Assembly (NCBI GenBank): GCA_951406725.2
Contig: OX597832.1
Location: forward strand, 43,958,001-44,022,000
Length of the DNA: 64,000 nt
Source of the DNA: Octopus vulgaris
Taxonomy: Eukaryota
Direction: 5' to 3'
Shown: positions 40,163 through 53,881 of the stretch, piece after piece
How positions within the stretch are numbered: the first letter of the stretch is position 1
Layout: every line of letters starts with the position of its first letter
The notes under the pieces: model-generated
Database searches by the model: none
What the model was told of the DNA's origin: nothing
The model's input: only the letters and a program-made list of their open reading frames with translations
Program-made: the position numbers and the translations under genes

Positions 40163-40360
40163 TGAGAAGAATGGGAATTGTTGGTCATTGCATCAGGCAC
40201 CCAGAAGAACTTGTGTGTCAACTGGACTTATGGCAGAACGAAGAATCAGCAGGGGAGGAAATTGTCTAACATGTGTGAACAACTAGCTTCAGGACAATGG
40301 AATGGTAAATGTTGACAAACTAAGAACATGCACAGGGGACCATAATGGATGGTGTGCTCA
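40163..40360 (+). mobile_element. Decayed RTE-like LINE 3' fragment
   Basis: Translates RRMGIVGHCIRHPEELVCQLDLWQ..., similar in pattern to the RTE at 18 kb. Confidence 0.55.
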
Positions 40361-40867
40361 CATGAAATAACTGAAGCATCTGGAAGTAAAGCCAAACTAA
40401 ACTAAGTTGTTCAATGAAAAGCCACCCCTTTTACCAAGTTGGCATTGTATAAGTTTGCCAGTTTGGCACGTAAAAAGCACCATCCAATCGTGGCCGTTTG
40501 CCAGCCTCGTCTGGCACCTGTGCAGGTGGCACGTAAAAAGCACCATCCGATCGTAGCCGTTTGCCAGCCTCGTCTGGCACCTGTGCCGGTGGCACGTAAA
40601 AAGCACCCACTACACTCACGGAGTGGTTGGTGTTAGGAAGGGCATCCAGATCAGACTGGGCCTGGTGCAGCCTTCTGGCTTCCCAGACCCCAGTTTGCCA
40701 GTTTGGCCTAACCAAGCAACAGGTTGTGTCGGGTTACACATTACCCACAGCACTAAGAGTGATCTGCTGTCCTGTACGCAGGTAAGAAATTGATTAGAGA
40801 TTCCTCCCCCACCCCACACACACGCACACATGCATGTGTTTTTGTATGTGTGTGTTTGTGTTGTTTA

Positions 40868-42082
40868 TCTTTACTCTTTTACTCTTTACTCTTTACTATT
40901 TTACTTGTTTCAGTCATTTGACTGCGGCCATGCTGGAGCACCGCCTTTAGTCGAGCAAATCGACCCCGGGACTTATTCTTTGTAAGCCCAGTACTTATTC
41001 TATCGGTCTCTTTTTGCCGAACCGCTAAGTGACGGAGACGTAAACACACCAGCATCGGTTGTCAAGCAATGCTAGAGGGACAAACACAGACACACAAACA
41101 TATACATACACATACATACATATATATACACATATACGACAGGCTTCTTTCAGTTTCCGTCTACCAAATCCACTCACAAGGCATTGGTTGGCCCGAGGCT
41201 ATAGTAGAAGACACTTGCCCAAGATGCCATGCAGTGGGACTGAACCCAGAACCATGTGGTTGGTAGGCAAGCTACTTACCACACAGCCACTCCTGCTAAT
41301 TTGTCATAGCCGATCAGGCCCAAGGCCAAGCTGGAGCACTGTCTTCATAGTTGAAGGTTTTATGGTTTTAACATTGTCTCTACACATTTCCAGGGTTTCA
41401 ATATTTTTGTGGGGTTTATGAATGCGTGTGACATTACTGATTGGTGAATCGGTGAATTTACGGTGCCAACTCTGCTTTAGTTCTTGTCTTTAGCAAAAAA
41501 TGGATTGTAAGAGAGAAATACATCCAAATGCATTTTTGAAAGAATCACCAAAAAAATTTGGTTACATTATCAAATTCTCTTGGAATACAATTATATAATT
41601 GAGGACCTTTAACTGTTGTAATACAGGTCCTTGATCAAGTCCCTGATGTATCGAGATGTAATTCACAGTAGCAATTCTTTTTTTTCTTCTTTTACTTGTT
41701 TCAGTCATTTGACTGCGGCCATGCTGGAGCACCGCCTTTTAGTCGAGCAACTCGACCCCGGGACTTATTCTTTGTAAGCCCAGTACTTATTCTATCGGTC
41801 TCTTTTGCCGAACTGCTAAGTGACGGGGACATAAACACACTAGCATCAGTTGTCAAGCAATGCTACGAGGACAAACACAGACACACACACGCATATATAT
41901 AAATAATATACATATATACGACGGGCTTCTTTCAGTTTCCGTCTACCAAATCCACTCACAAGGCTTTGGTCGGCCCGAGGCTATAGAAGAAGACACTTGC
42001 CCAAGGTGCCACGCAGTGGGACTGAACCAGGAACCATGTGGTTGGTGAGCAAGCTACTTACCACACAGCCACTCATGCGCCT
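40868..42082 (-). mobile_element. Two full-length SINE family A copies (40868-41295, 41690-42082)
   Basis: Reverse complement of family A. The second copy interrupts the CR1 remnant. Confidence 0.9.
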
Positions 42083-45000
42083 ATGGTCTCTATTCTTTTT
42101 TTTTTGAGTACACTTTTCTGTATCTCTCCAGTTGGTAAGTAAAGCCTGGGCTACTGCCAGGGCATAATTGTGAGTAAATAATCCAACCTGCTCAAAATAA
42201 ATGATTTCTAGAGTAACATCACTGTTGCTAAGAGTTGTGAATAGCTTAAAGAAAACATGCTTAAAGAAAACATGGTTAATTAAAGATATTACACAGTCAA
42301 CACTTGATCTCGAAAGAAGAATCTTCAGAATTAGGCTAGGCTGCGTTTTTCATAGAAGCTGTGCCAGACAGTTTCTTCCAAGGCAGAAGCTGTCTGGATG
42401 TTCTTAAAAAGTTTGGGTTAGCCTACAAAGTTTATTACAGTTCCACATATGATTCTTCCCTGGACTTTTAAATGGTGGAATGCAACACGGGTCTGTAATT
42501 GTGCCTTTGTGTCCTTCTACTATTTTATGAATGGGTGTTGTTATTCTTCTTTCAATATTTCCGGTTGTCATTTAGTGCCTAAATATCTCTGATAGAATAT
42601 TTTCAGAGGTATTAGCAAAGCTGGCATAACAGGATTCTAAGAAAGCCATCTGTTTCAGGGGCAGAGATTGTGTCAAGATAACTTATTAATTGAATTATGC
42701 CCTTTTCTGTTTGAGATTGCATGTATTTGGTTGCTATGCAAAACTGTCATTCTGATAGAATATATCAGAGTATTCAATAAGTTTCTCTTTATTTGGTAGG
42801 AAAAAAATGCTTTCAGATAGCAGATGACAAATCCATGAAGGATCAATTATATACAAATCATCTTTAGACTGAAGAAGACTGATTTTTATTTCAAAGCTAG
42901 GAACTCATGTGCATAATAAAAGACAGTTTCTGGATTTGATTTTATCCTACTTAGACACCCAGAATTCTTTCCTTAATCATTATTCTTCACAAAAACTTGC
43001 CAGTGGAACTACAATGATTTTTACTATCTACAGTTTTCCCCTTCTAGTTTTATCTGTATAGGAACTGGGTTTCTAGTTTTATCTGTATAGGAAGTGGATT
43101 TCTAGTTTTATCTGTATAAGAACTCGGTTCTGGTTTTATCTGTATAGGAACTGGGTTCTAGTTTTGTCTGTATAGGAACTGGGTTTCCAGTTTTATCTGT
43201 AGAGAAAGTGGATTTCTAGTTTTATCTGTATAAGAACTCGGTTCTGGTTTTATCTGTATAGGAACTGGGTTCTAGTTTTATCTGTATAGGAACTGGGTTT
43301 CCAGTTTTATCTGTATAGGAACTTGGCTTCTAGTTTTATCTGTATAGGAACTAGGTTTCTAGTTTTATCTGTATAGGAACTGGGTTTCTAGTTTTATCTG
43401 TATAAGAACTAGGTTTCTAGTTTTATCTGTATAGGAACTGGGTTTCTAGTTTTATCTGTATAGGAACTGGGCTTCTAGTTTTATCTGTATAGGAACTGGA
43501 TTTCTAGTTTTATCTGTATAGGAACTGGGTTTCCAGTTTTATCTGTATAGGAACTGGGTTTCCAGTTTTATCTGTATAGGAACTGGGTTTCTAGTTTTAT
43601 CTGTATAGGAACTGGGCTTCTAGTTTTATCTGTATAGGAACTGGTTTTCTAGTTTTATCTGTATAGGAACTGGGTTTCCAGTTTTATCTGTATAGGAACT
43701 GGGTTTCCAGTTTTATCTGTATAGGAACTTGGCTTCTAGTTTTATCTGTATAGGAACTGGGCTTCTAGTTTTATCTGTATAGGAACTGGATTTCTAGTTT
43801 TATCTGTATAGGAACTGGGTTTCCAGTTTTATCTGTATAGGAACTGGGTTTCCAGTTTTATCTGTATAGGAACTGGGTTTCTAGTTTTATCTGTATAGGA
43901 ACTGGGCTTCTAGTTTTATCTCTATAGGAACTGGGCTTCTAGTTTTATCTGTATAGGAACTGGGCTTCTAGTTTTGACTGTATAGGAACTAGGTTTCTAG
44001 TTTTATCTGTATAGGAACTAGGTTTCTAGTTTTATCTGTATAGGAAGTGGGTTTCTAGTTTTATCTGTATAGGAACTGGGTTCTAGTTTTATCTGTATAG
44101 GAACTGAATTTCTAGTTTTATCTGTATAGGAACTGGGCTTCTAGTTTTATCTGTATAGGAACTAAGTTTCTAGTTTTATCTGTATAGGAACTAGGTTTCT
44201 AGTTTTATCTGTATAGGAACTAGGTTTCTAGTTTTATCTGTATAGGAACTGGGTTTCTAGTTTTATCTGTATAGGAACTGGGTTCTAGTTTAATCTGTAT
44301 AGGAACTGAATTTCTAGTTTTATCTGTATAGGAACTGGGCTTCTAGTTTTATCTGTATAGGAACTAGGTTTCTAGTTTTATCTGTATAGGAACTGGGTTT
44401 CTAGTTTTATCTGTATAGGAACTGGGTTCTAGTTTTATCTGTATAGGAACTGAATTTCTAGTTTTATCTGTATAGGAACTGGGCTTCTAGTTTTATCTGT
44501 ATAGGAACTAGGTTTCTAGTTTTATCTGTATAGGAACTAGGTTTCTAGTTTTATCTGTATAGGAACTGGGTTTCTAGTTTTATCTGTATAGGAACTGGGT
44601 TCTAGTTTTATCTGTATAGGAACTGAATTTCTAGTTTTATAAGTATAGGAACTGGGCTTCTAGTTTTATCTGTATAGGAACTGGGTTTCCAGTTTTATAT
44701 GTATAGGAACTGGGCTTCTAGTTTTATCTGTATAGGAACTGGGTTCTAGTTTTATCTGTATAGGAACTGGATTTCTAGTTTTATAAGTATAGGAACTGGG
44801 CTTCTAGTTTTATCTGTATAGGAACTGGGTTTCCAGTTTTATATGTATAGGAACTGGGCTTCTAGTTTTATCTGTATAGGAACTGGGTTCTAGTTTTATC
44901 TGTATAGGAACTGGATTTCTAGTTTTATAAGTATAGGAACTGGGCTTCTAGTTTTATCTGTATAGGAACTGGGTTTCCAGTTTTATATGTATAGGAACTG

Positions 45001-45830
45001 GATTTCTTGTTTTATCTGTATAGGAACTGGGCTTCTAGTTTTATCTGTGTAGGAACTGGATTTCTAGTTTTATATGTATAGGAACTGGGTTTCTAGTTTT
45101 ATATGTATAGGAACTGGGTTTCCAGTTTTATCTGTCTAGGAACTGGGTTTCTAGTTTTATATGTATAGGAACTGGGTTTCTAGTTTTATCTGTATAGGAA
45201 CTGGATTTCTAGTTTTATCTGTATAGGAACTGGATTTCTAGTTTTATCTGTATAGGAACTGGATTTCTAGTTTTATATGTATAGGAACTGGGTTTCTAGT
45301 TTTATCTGTATAGGAACTGGGTTCTAGTTTTATCTGTATAGGAACTGGGCTTCTAGTTTTATCTGTATAGGAACTAGGTTTCTAGTTTTATCTGTATAGG
45401 AACTAGGTTTCTAGTTTTATCTGTATAGGAACTGGGTTCTAGTTTTATCTGTATAGGAACTGGGCCTTCTAGTTTTATCTGTATAGGAACTGGGTTCTAG
45501 TTTTATCTGTATAGGAACTGGGTTCTAGTTTTATCTGTATAAGAACTGGGTTTCTAGTTTTATCTGTATAGGAACTGGGTTCTAGTTTTATCTGTATAAG
45601 AACTGGATTTCCAGTTTTATCTGTATAGGAACTGGGTTTCTAGTACTATTTCTATGGGAGCTACATTATTTAAGTCTTTAGTAATATTTGAGCATTTTCT
45701 CATTCACCTTCTTGTAATCTGTGGGTATACCTCGACACATCTTCACCATCATCTTTTCTCTTTCCCAACTGGGGTACGTATCTCCCATGTATGTCCCTCA
45801 CAGAAAGACATGCATTCCTGTCTCTCCATC
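41430..45830 (-). mobile_element. Highly decayed CR1-clade LINE ORF2, interrupted by a SINE (41690-42082) and by the minisatellite
   Basis: Minus-strand motifs occur in the correct order: RYVP..IP...MRKCSNITKDLN (~45670-45785), RIKSNPETVFYYA (~42910-42948), FLSE*QFCIA (~42730-42760), SEDSSFEI (~42305-42330), L*KSFILSRLDY.SQL (~42165-42220) and VKGPQLYNCIP...SFK.HLDVFLS (~41510-41615). Confidence 0.65.
43042..45644. repeat. Minisatellite, 28-29 bp unit CTAGTTTTATCTGTATAGGAACTGGGTTT, about 90 copies
   Basis: Directly visible tandem array with variant units and a local higher-order period of 144 bp. Confidence 0.98.
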
Positions 45831-46211
45831 ATATTATAATCTCTCACCACTTGGCATAAAGCCACCTCCTTCAATACAACACCAAACTCAGCTGAGGCAT
45901 CTTTCTGATTGCTTGTTGACCTCACTGGTGTTGGTGCTATGCAAAAAAAGCACCTAGTACACTCTGTAAAGTGGTGGCCATTAGGAAAGGCATCTAGCAA
46001 TAGAAACCATACCAAATCAGACACTGGAGCTCAACACTGTTTTCTGGCTGGTCAATTCCTGCCAAACTACCCAACCCATATTGTTTCTACTTCAAAGATT
46101 TTCACTTATTACAGGGCGTTTTGGAATGCAACACCCATGATAGAGATTACTGTATACATAAACACACACATATAAATATGTACGTGTATAGATATGTATA
46201 TATATACATAC

Positions 46212-46263
<52 letters not shown>

Positions 46264-46306
46264 TTTATAGGACTAGAACTGTTTCATTCAAATGAAATCT
46301 TCAGGA

Positions 46307-46357
46307 AGCTTCCTGAAGATTTTATTTGAATGAAACATTTCTAGTCCTGTAGAAGCT
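46307..46357 (+). ncRNA. Type I hammerhead ribozyme motif in a Penelope-like terminal element
   Basis: Reads AGCUUC-CUGAAGA-UUUUAUUUGAAU-GAAA-CAUUUCUAGUCCUG-UA/GAAGCU. Stem I is 6 bp, the core is intact, stem II is weak and closed by U-U, and the triplet is GUA. AATAAA follows at 46368. Confidence 0.7.
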
Positions 46358-46439
46358 CCTTCTATAAAATAAATTAATTTACTCTGCTATGTATTGAGTA
46401 CCTTATTAACTGTGGTTAACCCCGACTCAACCCGGGACC

Positions 46440-47850
<1,411 letters not shown>

Positions 47851-48849
47851 ATGTGCTTATTTCAGTTTCCATTTACCAAATCAGCTCACAACGTTTTGGT
47901 CGGCCCGAGGCTCTAGTAGAAGATACTTGTCCCATGGTGCCATGCAACTGGACTGAACCCAGAACCATACGGTTGATAAGCAAGCTTCAGCCCCACAAGA
48001 TCGGGTACTTCCGTTCCATAATAGCTCCCCATTGAATTCATGAACAAAGAGTAAATCTTCTTTATGCAAGAATGACTTTTTAGCATTCGTTTTTACCCTG
48101 GTGTTGCGGGTCAGTAACGATGGGGAATTTTCTTCTAAACTCCATGGCTTTCAGAAGGGATTTACATATGGACAGGTAGAAGTTGAATATATATAGATTT
48201 TGGTGCCTCTGCTGAGTGGTTTGTTTCATACACTGTTGAACAAATTTCTGGCGATTGCACTGCAATTCTATTATGCTAGTGTTATAGTATTTGCTAATCC
48301 TCAGGTTAATCGTGTTGAGAATACACTTGCTGGCTAAATCCAATCCAATGATAAATCAAAAGTGTGATGCAAACTTGGAAAATTGATGCCCTCTATACTA
48401 ACGACTCTAACAAACATCAGATGTGGCCTTCATGGCCATTTCTGATTGTTTTGGTGTTACGACTGACAAGCATGGGTTATGTGGATGATGTCAGTGGTTC
48501 TAATGTCTTGTCGTGGACTTCGTAATGAGAAATTAAAACAACGATTATAAACGGGGATTGGCTTCGGTATTAGTAATGGTGGTGGCCATAGTTTATAGGA
48601 TTAAGATGACGGGTATAATAAATATATATTTTATTCAACTTGCTTTAAAAAAAAAAAGAGATTAGTAAAAATTGAACCAGCATGAGTGATGTTAGTAAAT
48701 ATGATTGATACACCAGTTTCAGATCTACAACTAATCACTCAAATAGCTGTTATTGACATACTCATGAAAATCCCAACATCACTGCTGTACCGTCAACATC
48801 TCTGGTTTATATTCAATTTTGGTCTGAAGTGATTTTTTTTCTTTCTAAC

Positions 48850-50770
48850 TATTGTTTAGCCCTAGGTCAGTCCTGGTGGGGCCTACTTATCATCAAAAGC
48901 AATCCAACCACCACCATCTCATTTTTAAGATGTTGTGAACTATATACATTGTCCAGTGCATCCTTAGTATTCAAAGACGGTAGAGGGTAATTTTAGGGAA
49001 CTGGGCCGTTGTTTCTAGCATGTTGAATGATCTGTAATAGTTTCCTTCATTAGATCATTTCTCGTCGTTGTTTATTATGGAACAAAAGTCAGCCCTAATC
49101 GAGAAAAACCTATATTCAAAGGCATTCCAGCCGTAACTGTTCATTCTTTTCCAGACGAAGTGTAAACAAGATTACACGATCCAGTTGTCCTTCCTTCGTT
49201 ATTTTTTTAAGACGTTAAGGTGTCATTTGAAAGATAATTCGCTGCTGTTTCCAGCAAACTGAGCCATCGCATATAGATTTTCCCGTCAGCATGTAACGTT
49301 GCTTTTAGTCCTAGATCAGCCCTGATCGAAGAGAACTATGATTTAAAAAAAAAAAACATTCCAGTTAGTCACGATCATATACCGTCCCCTTTTATTTATA
49401 TTTTTTTTTTTACCGTACCCAGGTTGTGATTTGAGAGAGTTAAGACTCTACTTCTGACGGGTGGAGCGATCAGAAGAGACTACCTTGTTGGCAAGAGTTC
49501 AAAACCGGTAGCTTACCAAGACTTCTCAGTCAGTGTCAGAGGGGCCAAATACACTTTTGACATCTCCGCCCTATTTAACAGATATTATAACCCCCAAAAA
49601 AATTTTGCGCTTCTGCCAAAAACTGCGCCAGAGGCACTGCCTCAATCCAATCACGATCCCTTCATTATTGAACGCGTGTTTGTATGAGGTCATCACTTGG
49701 AAGTCTCCATTTTCACGTGGTATATCTAGGGCAATGCTGTTTATTCCCCATCAAAATCTAAACCACACTCTTAAGATAATTTTGAACTCAATACACGGCA
49801 TACTAATGACACCAGCGTCTCCAAAAGTGAGTCCCTGGGATCCTAAGATTCCGCGAGATGTCTTAAAGATAATCAAAAATATAGTCTGTATTAAAAAATT
49901 GCTATTCATCAGCTTCCAAATAATATACCTACACACACATTCACACACACACACGGATACTTTCACTAAAATCATTTTTGCTTCATTTAATATCAGATCA
50001 AAATTAGGGTGACCGGGTTGTCTGTAAAATACAGGAGTTCTGTGATTTTTGAAAACTTGCATAAGGGCTCCTGGACAAAATTTCTTGTCCTGGAGCAAGA
50101 ATATTGCGAAATGCTGAAATATATGGACCGTTGGTCAACTGGACGGCTGGTTGGTACTTCTACTCCAGTATTAACAAAGAAATCTCCCTTAAATCGCACA
50201 CAACAATCTAAAAAAAAAAGGGGGAAATGGTACATTAGACCTATGCAATCCTAGACATTGATGCCTCAAACATAGGTAGAATGGTTACATATTTAGAATG
50301 CATTTGACCATGAGTAGATCTGCACGATAGAGGTAGGACCTGGAGCTAAGCAACCAACAATTTTCAGGCGCCAGCAAGAGAACCTCTGAGCAAGAAATAG
50401 CAGTTCAATCTGCTTAAAATCACACCCTGCCGTGTTAAAAAAAAAAGGAACATAGTGAACAATGATATTCTGACTATATACAATTAGATCATAGAGTCGT
50501 TCGATCAGGGTTGACCTAGGGCTAAACAAAAAAAGAATAATAACTACTATCAAAAGCAATAACAATAGAAGAACGAAGGGACCTCTAAACAATCACTTGA
50601 TTTGCTAAAAATAGAGGCCAAATATCCTTCGTGTGACACACGATCGTCACAATTAAAGAATTCTATACAAGATAGAATGGTTTCTGATATACAAGCTGAC
50701 GGGAGATCACGGATTGAATGACTTCCGTATAAAAATTTGCTTGAATAGGGCTGATTTGAAGCTAAACAAC
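48850..50770. repeat. Cluster of at least five diverged copies of an old ~200-bp interspersed repeat (also ~12340-12455, ~28700-28770)
   Basis: Recurring ttgtttagccctaggtcagccctgatcga...aaaggcattccagcc...gtgatttga...gctatttct pattern on both strands. Confidence 0.65.
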
Positions 50771-51208
50771 AATACAAAAACAGTTCATAACAGCATATAT
50801 GTTTGCGATGGATAATCACCGGTTTTAAGAACGAGATTGGAGTTACAAAACCAAAAGCGTGATCAGGTTGCGCTTAAAAGGACCAAGTGCTTTAGATAAA
50901 TTATGTGGCATTTGTAATTTATTAGAGAAACTTGAGAAATGAATGATAGATAGTAAATATTTCTGTTAATACAATAACTGATAGAAGAAAAATATTTTTT
51001 AAAGAGCTCGAAATTGAGAAGTCGATATAAATTGTTAGATAACCGCATAAAACCCCAATTACAGAGCAGAAATGGTTGTAAATTGTGAAAGGAAGAATAT
51101 TAAAGGAAATAGAGAAAATTAATGAATGAATGAATGAATGAATGAATGAAATAGAGGTAAAAATAACAATGCATAGGATTAAAGAAAGAAAGTTAAGAGA
51201 ACACGTAC

Positions 51209-51430
51209 CTGTAGAATGTAGTTTTGTATGAGAATTGCCCAGTTTTGAACGTCTCCTGCCAAAGTTCCTATATCATGCTTATCCTCACCGGGATAAGCCT
51301 TACTTGCCATCAGTGTGATGGGATCTTTAAACGTACACATGGCCGTGCCAATGAGAATTGTGAACACAAATGCTTTCGACATGCTTCTCATGTAAACATG
51401 TTTTGGCGACAAAAAACGCTGATTCCACAT
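51209..51430 (-). CDS. First coding exon (74 codons, phase 0) of a secreted or membrane protein, possibly a voltage-gated Ca channel alpha2delta / VWA-Cache family member
   Basis: Minus-strand acceptor ...tacactcacag| before 51444, ATG at 51430 and strong donor CAG|GTACGT at 51209/51208. Non-repetitive peptide MWNQRFLSPKHVYMRSMSKAFVFTILIGTAMCTFKDPITLMASKAYPGEDKHDIGTLAGDVQNWAILIQNYILQ has a hydrophobic signal-like core. Its V-x-x-W-A-x-x-I helix resembles alpha2delta N-termini (family assignment is inference, about 0.5). Confidence 0.75.
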
Positions 51431-51496
51431 TATTCGATGTTGTTCTGTGAGTGTATATGTACATCCAAAAAGGCCAATATAAGATAGAAAGATGTG

Positions 51497-51528
<32 letters not shown>

Positions 51529-52418
51529 AAGCGCGTGAAAGAGAGATGTGCGTGTGGATGTGTTTGGTTAAAAATGAGGTTTTGTTATAAGTGTAATAAT
51601 GATAATAAAGATGACAAAAATAAGGATAACGATAATAAGAACATCAAAAGCATTCGTAAACTACCTCCGACTACAATGAATCCGCGTTGTGAATGCATTT
51701 GTTATATATATATTTTTTTTATTTTGGTTTTTGTTTTAGCGGAAAATGTTTTCGTTGGTGTGATGTCGGAGTAAATTATCCCTGGGAATAGTGAAATATT
51801 CATGTGAACATTGTTTATGCTGCTTACTTATTCATACTATTGATGTGGAGCAGACAGAAAGGCTTTTTCGTTTCTCCCGCGATACGGTATCATGAAATAA
51901 CAAAGAAAAAAAAGAAAGGAAAAGATGATGATAAAACAAAAGCAGGTAAGGGGGCGTGTTAGATAACAGTTGGATTATGATAAGGGGCCTTTAATCGAGG
52001 TCCTTTGGTCTGGTAATAAAATCCTGTGGTTGAAAAAAAAGCTAAGCTTTAAAACAAATAATTGACACTCAACGGATAAAAACCAATGAAGAACGATGGA
52101 GAGCAAAAAGCTGTGACAGAACTAACCGTAGCTTGGTTAATATATCGAAAAGTGTGCGTGAATAAAGGCTTTAATGCATAGGTATGCGTGTGTAAAACGA
52201 TTCCAAGAAAAAGGACAGGCAAATGGACTGTGAGAAGGAGTAAAAACCAATCCGTCTTGATATGGAAAAGGGAGGGAAAAAAACGAAATAAAAAAATATC
52301 TGGATATTACTAGTTAGATATCTACATTTTCAGGTATAATTTCTTCACTTTGTTGACAACGGAACGTGTGTTAATGTTGAGACAGTAATTTTTTTTTACC
52401 TTTCACTCCTTTTCTCAC

Positions 52419-52990
52419 CTATCAATTAATCTCTCTCTTTCTCTTTCTCTTTATATTTACCTATCTCATACTTATTCACGCACACACACACACTCACACA
52501 CGCTCTCTTTCGCTTTCTCTCTCTCTCTCTCTCTCACACCTCTCGTGTTAAATCTCCTTAATTAATGAACATCGCAGCATTTTTTTTGTTGGTAGCTTAA
52601 TTAGTTTGTTTTTTGATAGGTGTCTGTTATCCTATTTTGCACTGGTGGTCTTCCAGGTAGGAGCATAATTATTTTAGTGTTTTTTAGTTGTTGATAACAG
52701 GAGTAAGCTAGAAGAAGAAGAAGAAGAAGCCAGTAGCTAATGTTGATGGTTGGTGTATTTCCCGATGCTCGCTCAATGGATGCTGGCTGTTGATCATGTC
52801 AGTTCAGTGCGCTTCTGGAAGACGAACGAGTAGCGATTGAAAAGATGGGAGAAAGGCTGACAGGGGGTCTGGGAGAAGACGACGAGAGGTCTGCCTCCAA
52901 ATCAATAGAGTTTAGTTCCTGCATCTTAGTGTATATCGATAGAAATATCTCTCTTTTCAACCCGGCCTGTCGTTTTTCCCTCTAGTAGTG
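52419..52990 (-). promoter_or_regulatory. Candidate upstream non-coding (5' UTR) exon or promoter region of the minus-strand gene
   Basis: TE-free and CpG-retaining sequence about 1 kb upstream of the coding exon. Possible donors TAG|GTGAGA (52419/52418) and AAG|GTAAAA (~52400). The coding exon has an acceptor, so an upstream exon is needed. Boundaries are uncertain. Confidence 0.3.
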
Positions 52991-53801
52991 CTTTCGTTTT
53001 TTCCGTCTATGTTTATCTTTCGACTCTCTCCCGCTTTTTCTTTCACTTCTTTCCTCTATCCCACTTTTTATCTGTCTCTTGATCACCCTTCCTATATTTT
53101 CCTTTACCTCTCTTATATTTCTACCTGCTTTTTTTCTCTCTGTGTGTGTGGTTGCTTTTCGTTTTCTCTCTCTCTCTTCCTCTTTTACACTATCCTCGTA
53201 TACATTTTCCTTTCTCTTTCTTGCCCCTCTCTCTCACTCTTGCAATATTTGTCTGCCTCTTCCCTTGCCTCACTGTACTTGCACTTTCTCTTTCCCCCCT
53301 CATCTGTATCTCTCTCTACCCTCTCTCTGTCTCTGTCTTTCTCTCTCTCTCTCTCACTCTTTTTTCTTGGTAATCTAAATAGATTAATAATCTAAATATT
53401 TATTTTTCTTTCTCTCCTTGCCATCTTCTATCTATCTATCTATCTATTTTTATATCTCACACCTCATCTGATTTTCCAAAATGTTTCTCTTCATCTCTTA
53501 CCTTCGTTTCACCTTCATTCTCTCTCTCTCTCTCTCTCTCCCTCCTTCTATCTCTCTCTCTCACACACACACACACTCTCTCTCTCCCTCCCTCTTTCTC
53601 TCTCTCTATCTCTCTCTCACACACACACAGTCTCTCTCTCTCCCTCCCTCTCTCTCTATCTCTCTCTCACACACACACACACTCTCTCTCTATATCTCTC
53701 TCTCACACACACACTCTCTCTCTCCCTCTCTCTCTCTCTATCTCTCTCTCACACACACACACTCTCTCTCTCCCTCTCTCTATCTCTCTATCTCTCTCAC
53801 A

Positions 53802-53881
<80 letters not shown>

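Noticed and set aside
42520-42600. GIY-YIG-like RYLG..MTTGNIERRI on the minus strand
   Set aside because: It needs a frameshift and lies within colinear CR1 motifs, which explain the region better.
43042-45644. CRISPR-like array (29-bp repeat)
   Set aside because: Units are directly adjacent with no unique spacers, there are no cas genes, and the context is eukaryotic.
48000-48400. Possible endonuclease part of the CR1 remnant (IVTDP...DLLFV)
   Set aside because: The position fits but similarity is too weak to call by eye.
49533-50254. Overlapping 80-159-aa ORFs
   Set aside because: No recognisable domain or phase-compatible splice sites, and they include microsatellite and MITE-like sequence.
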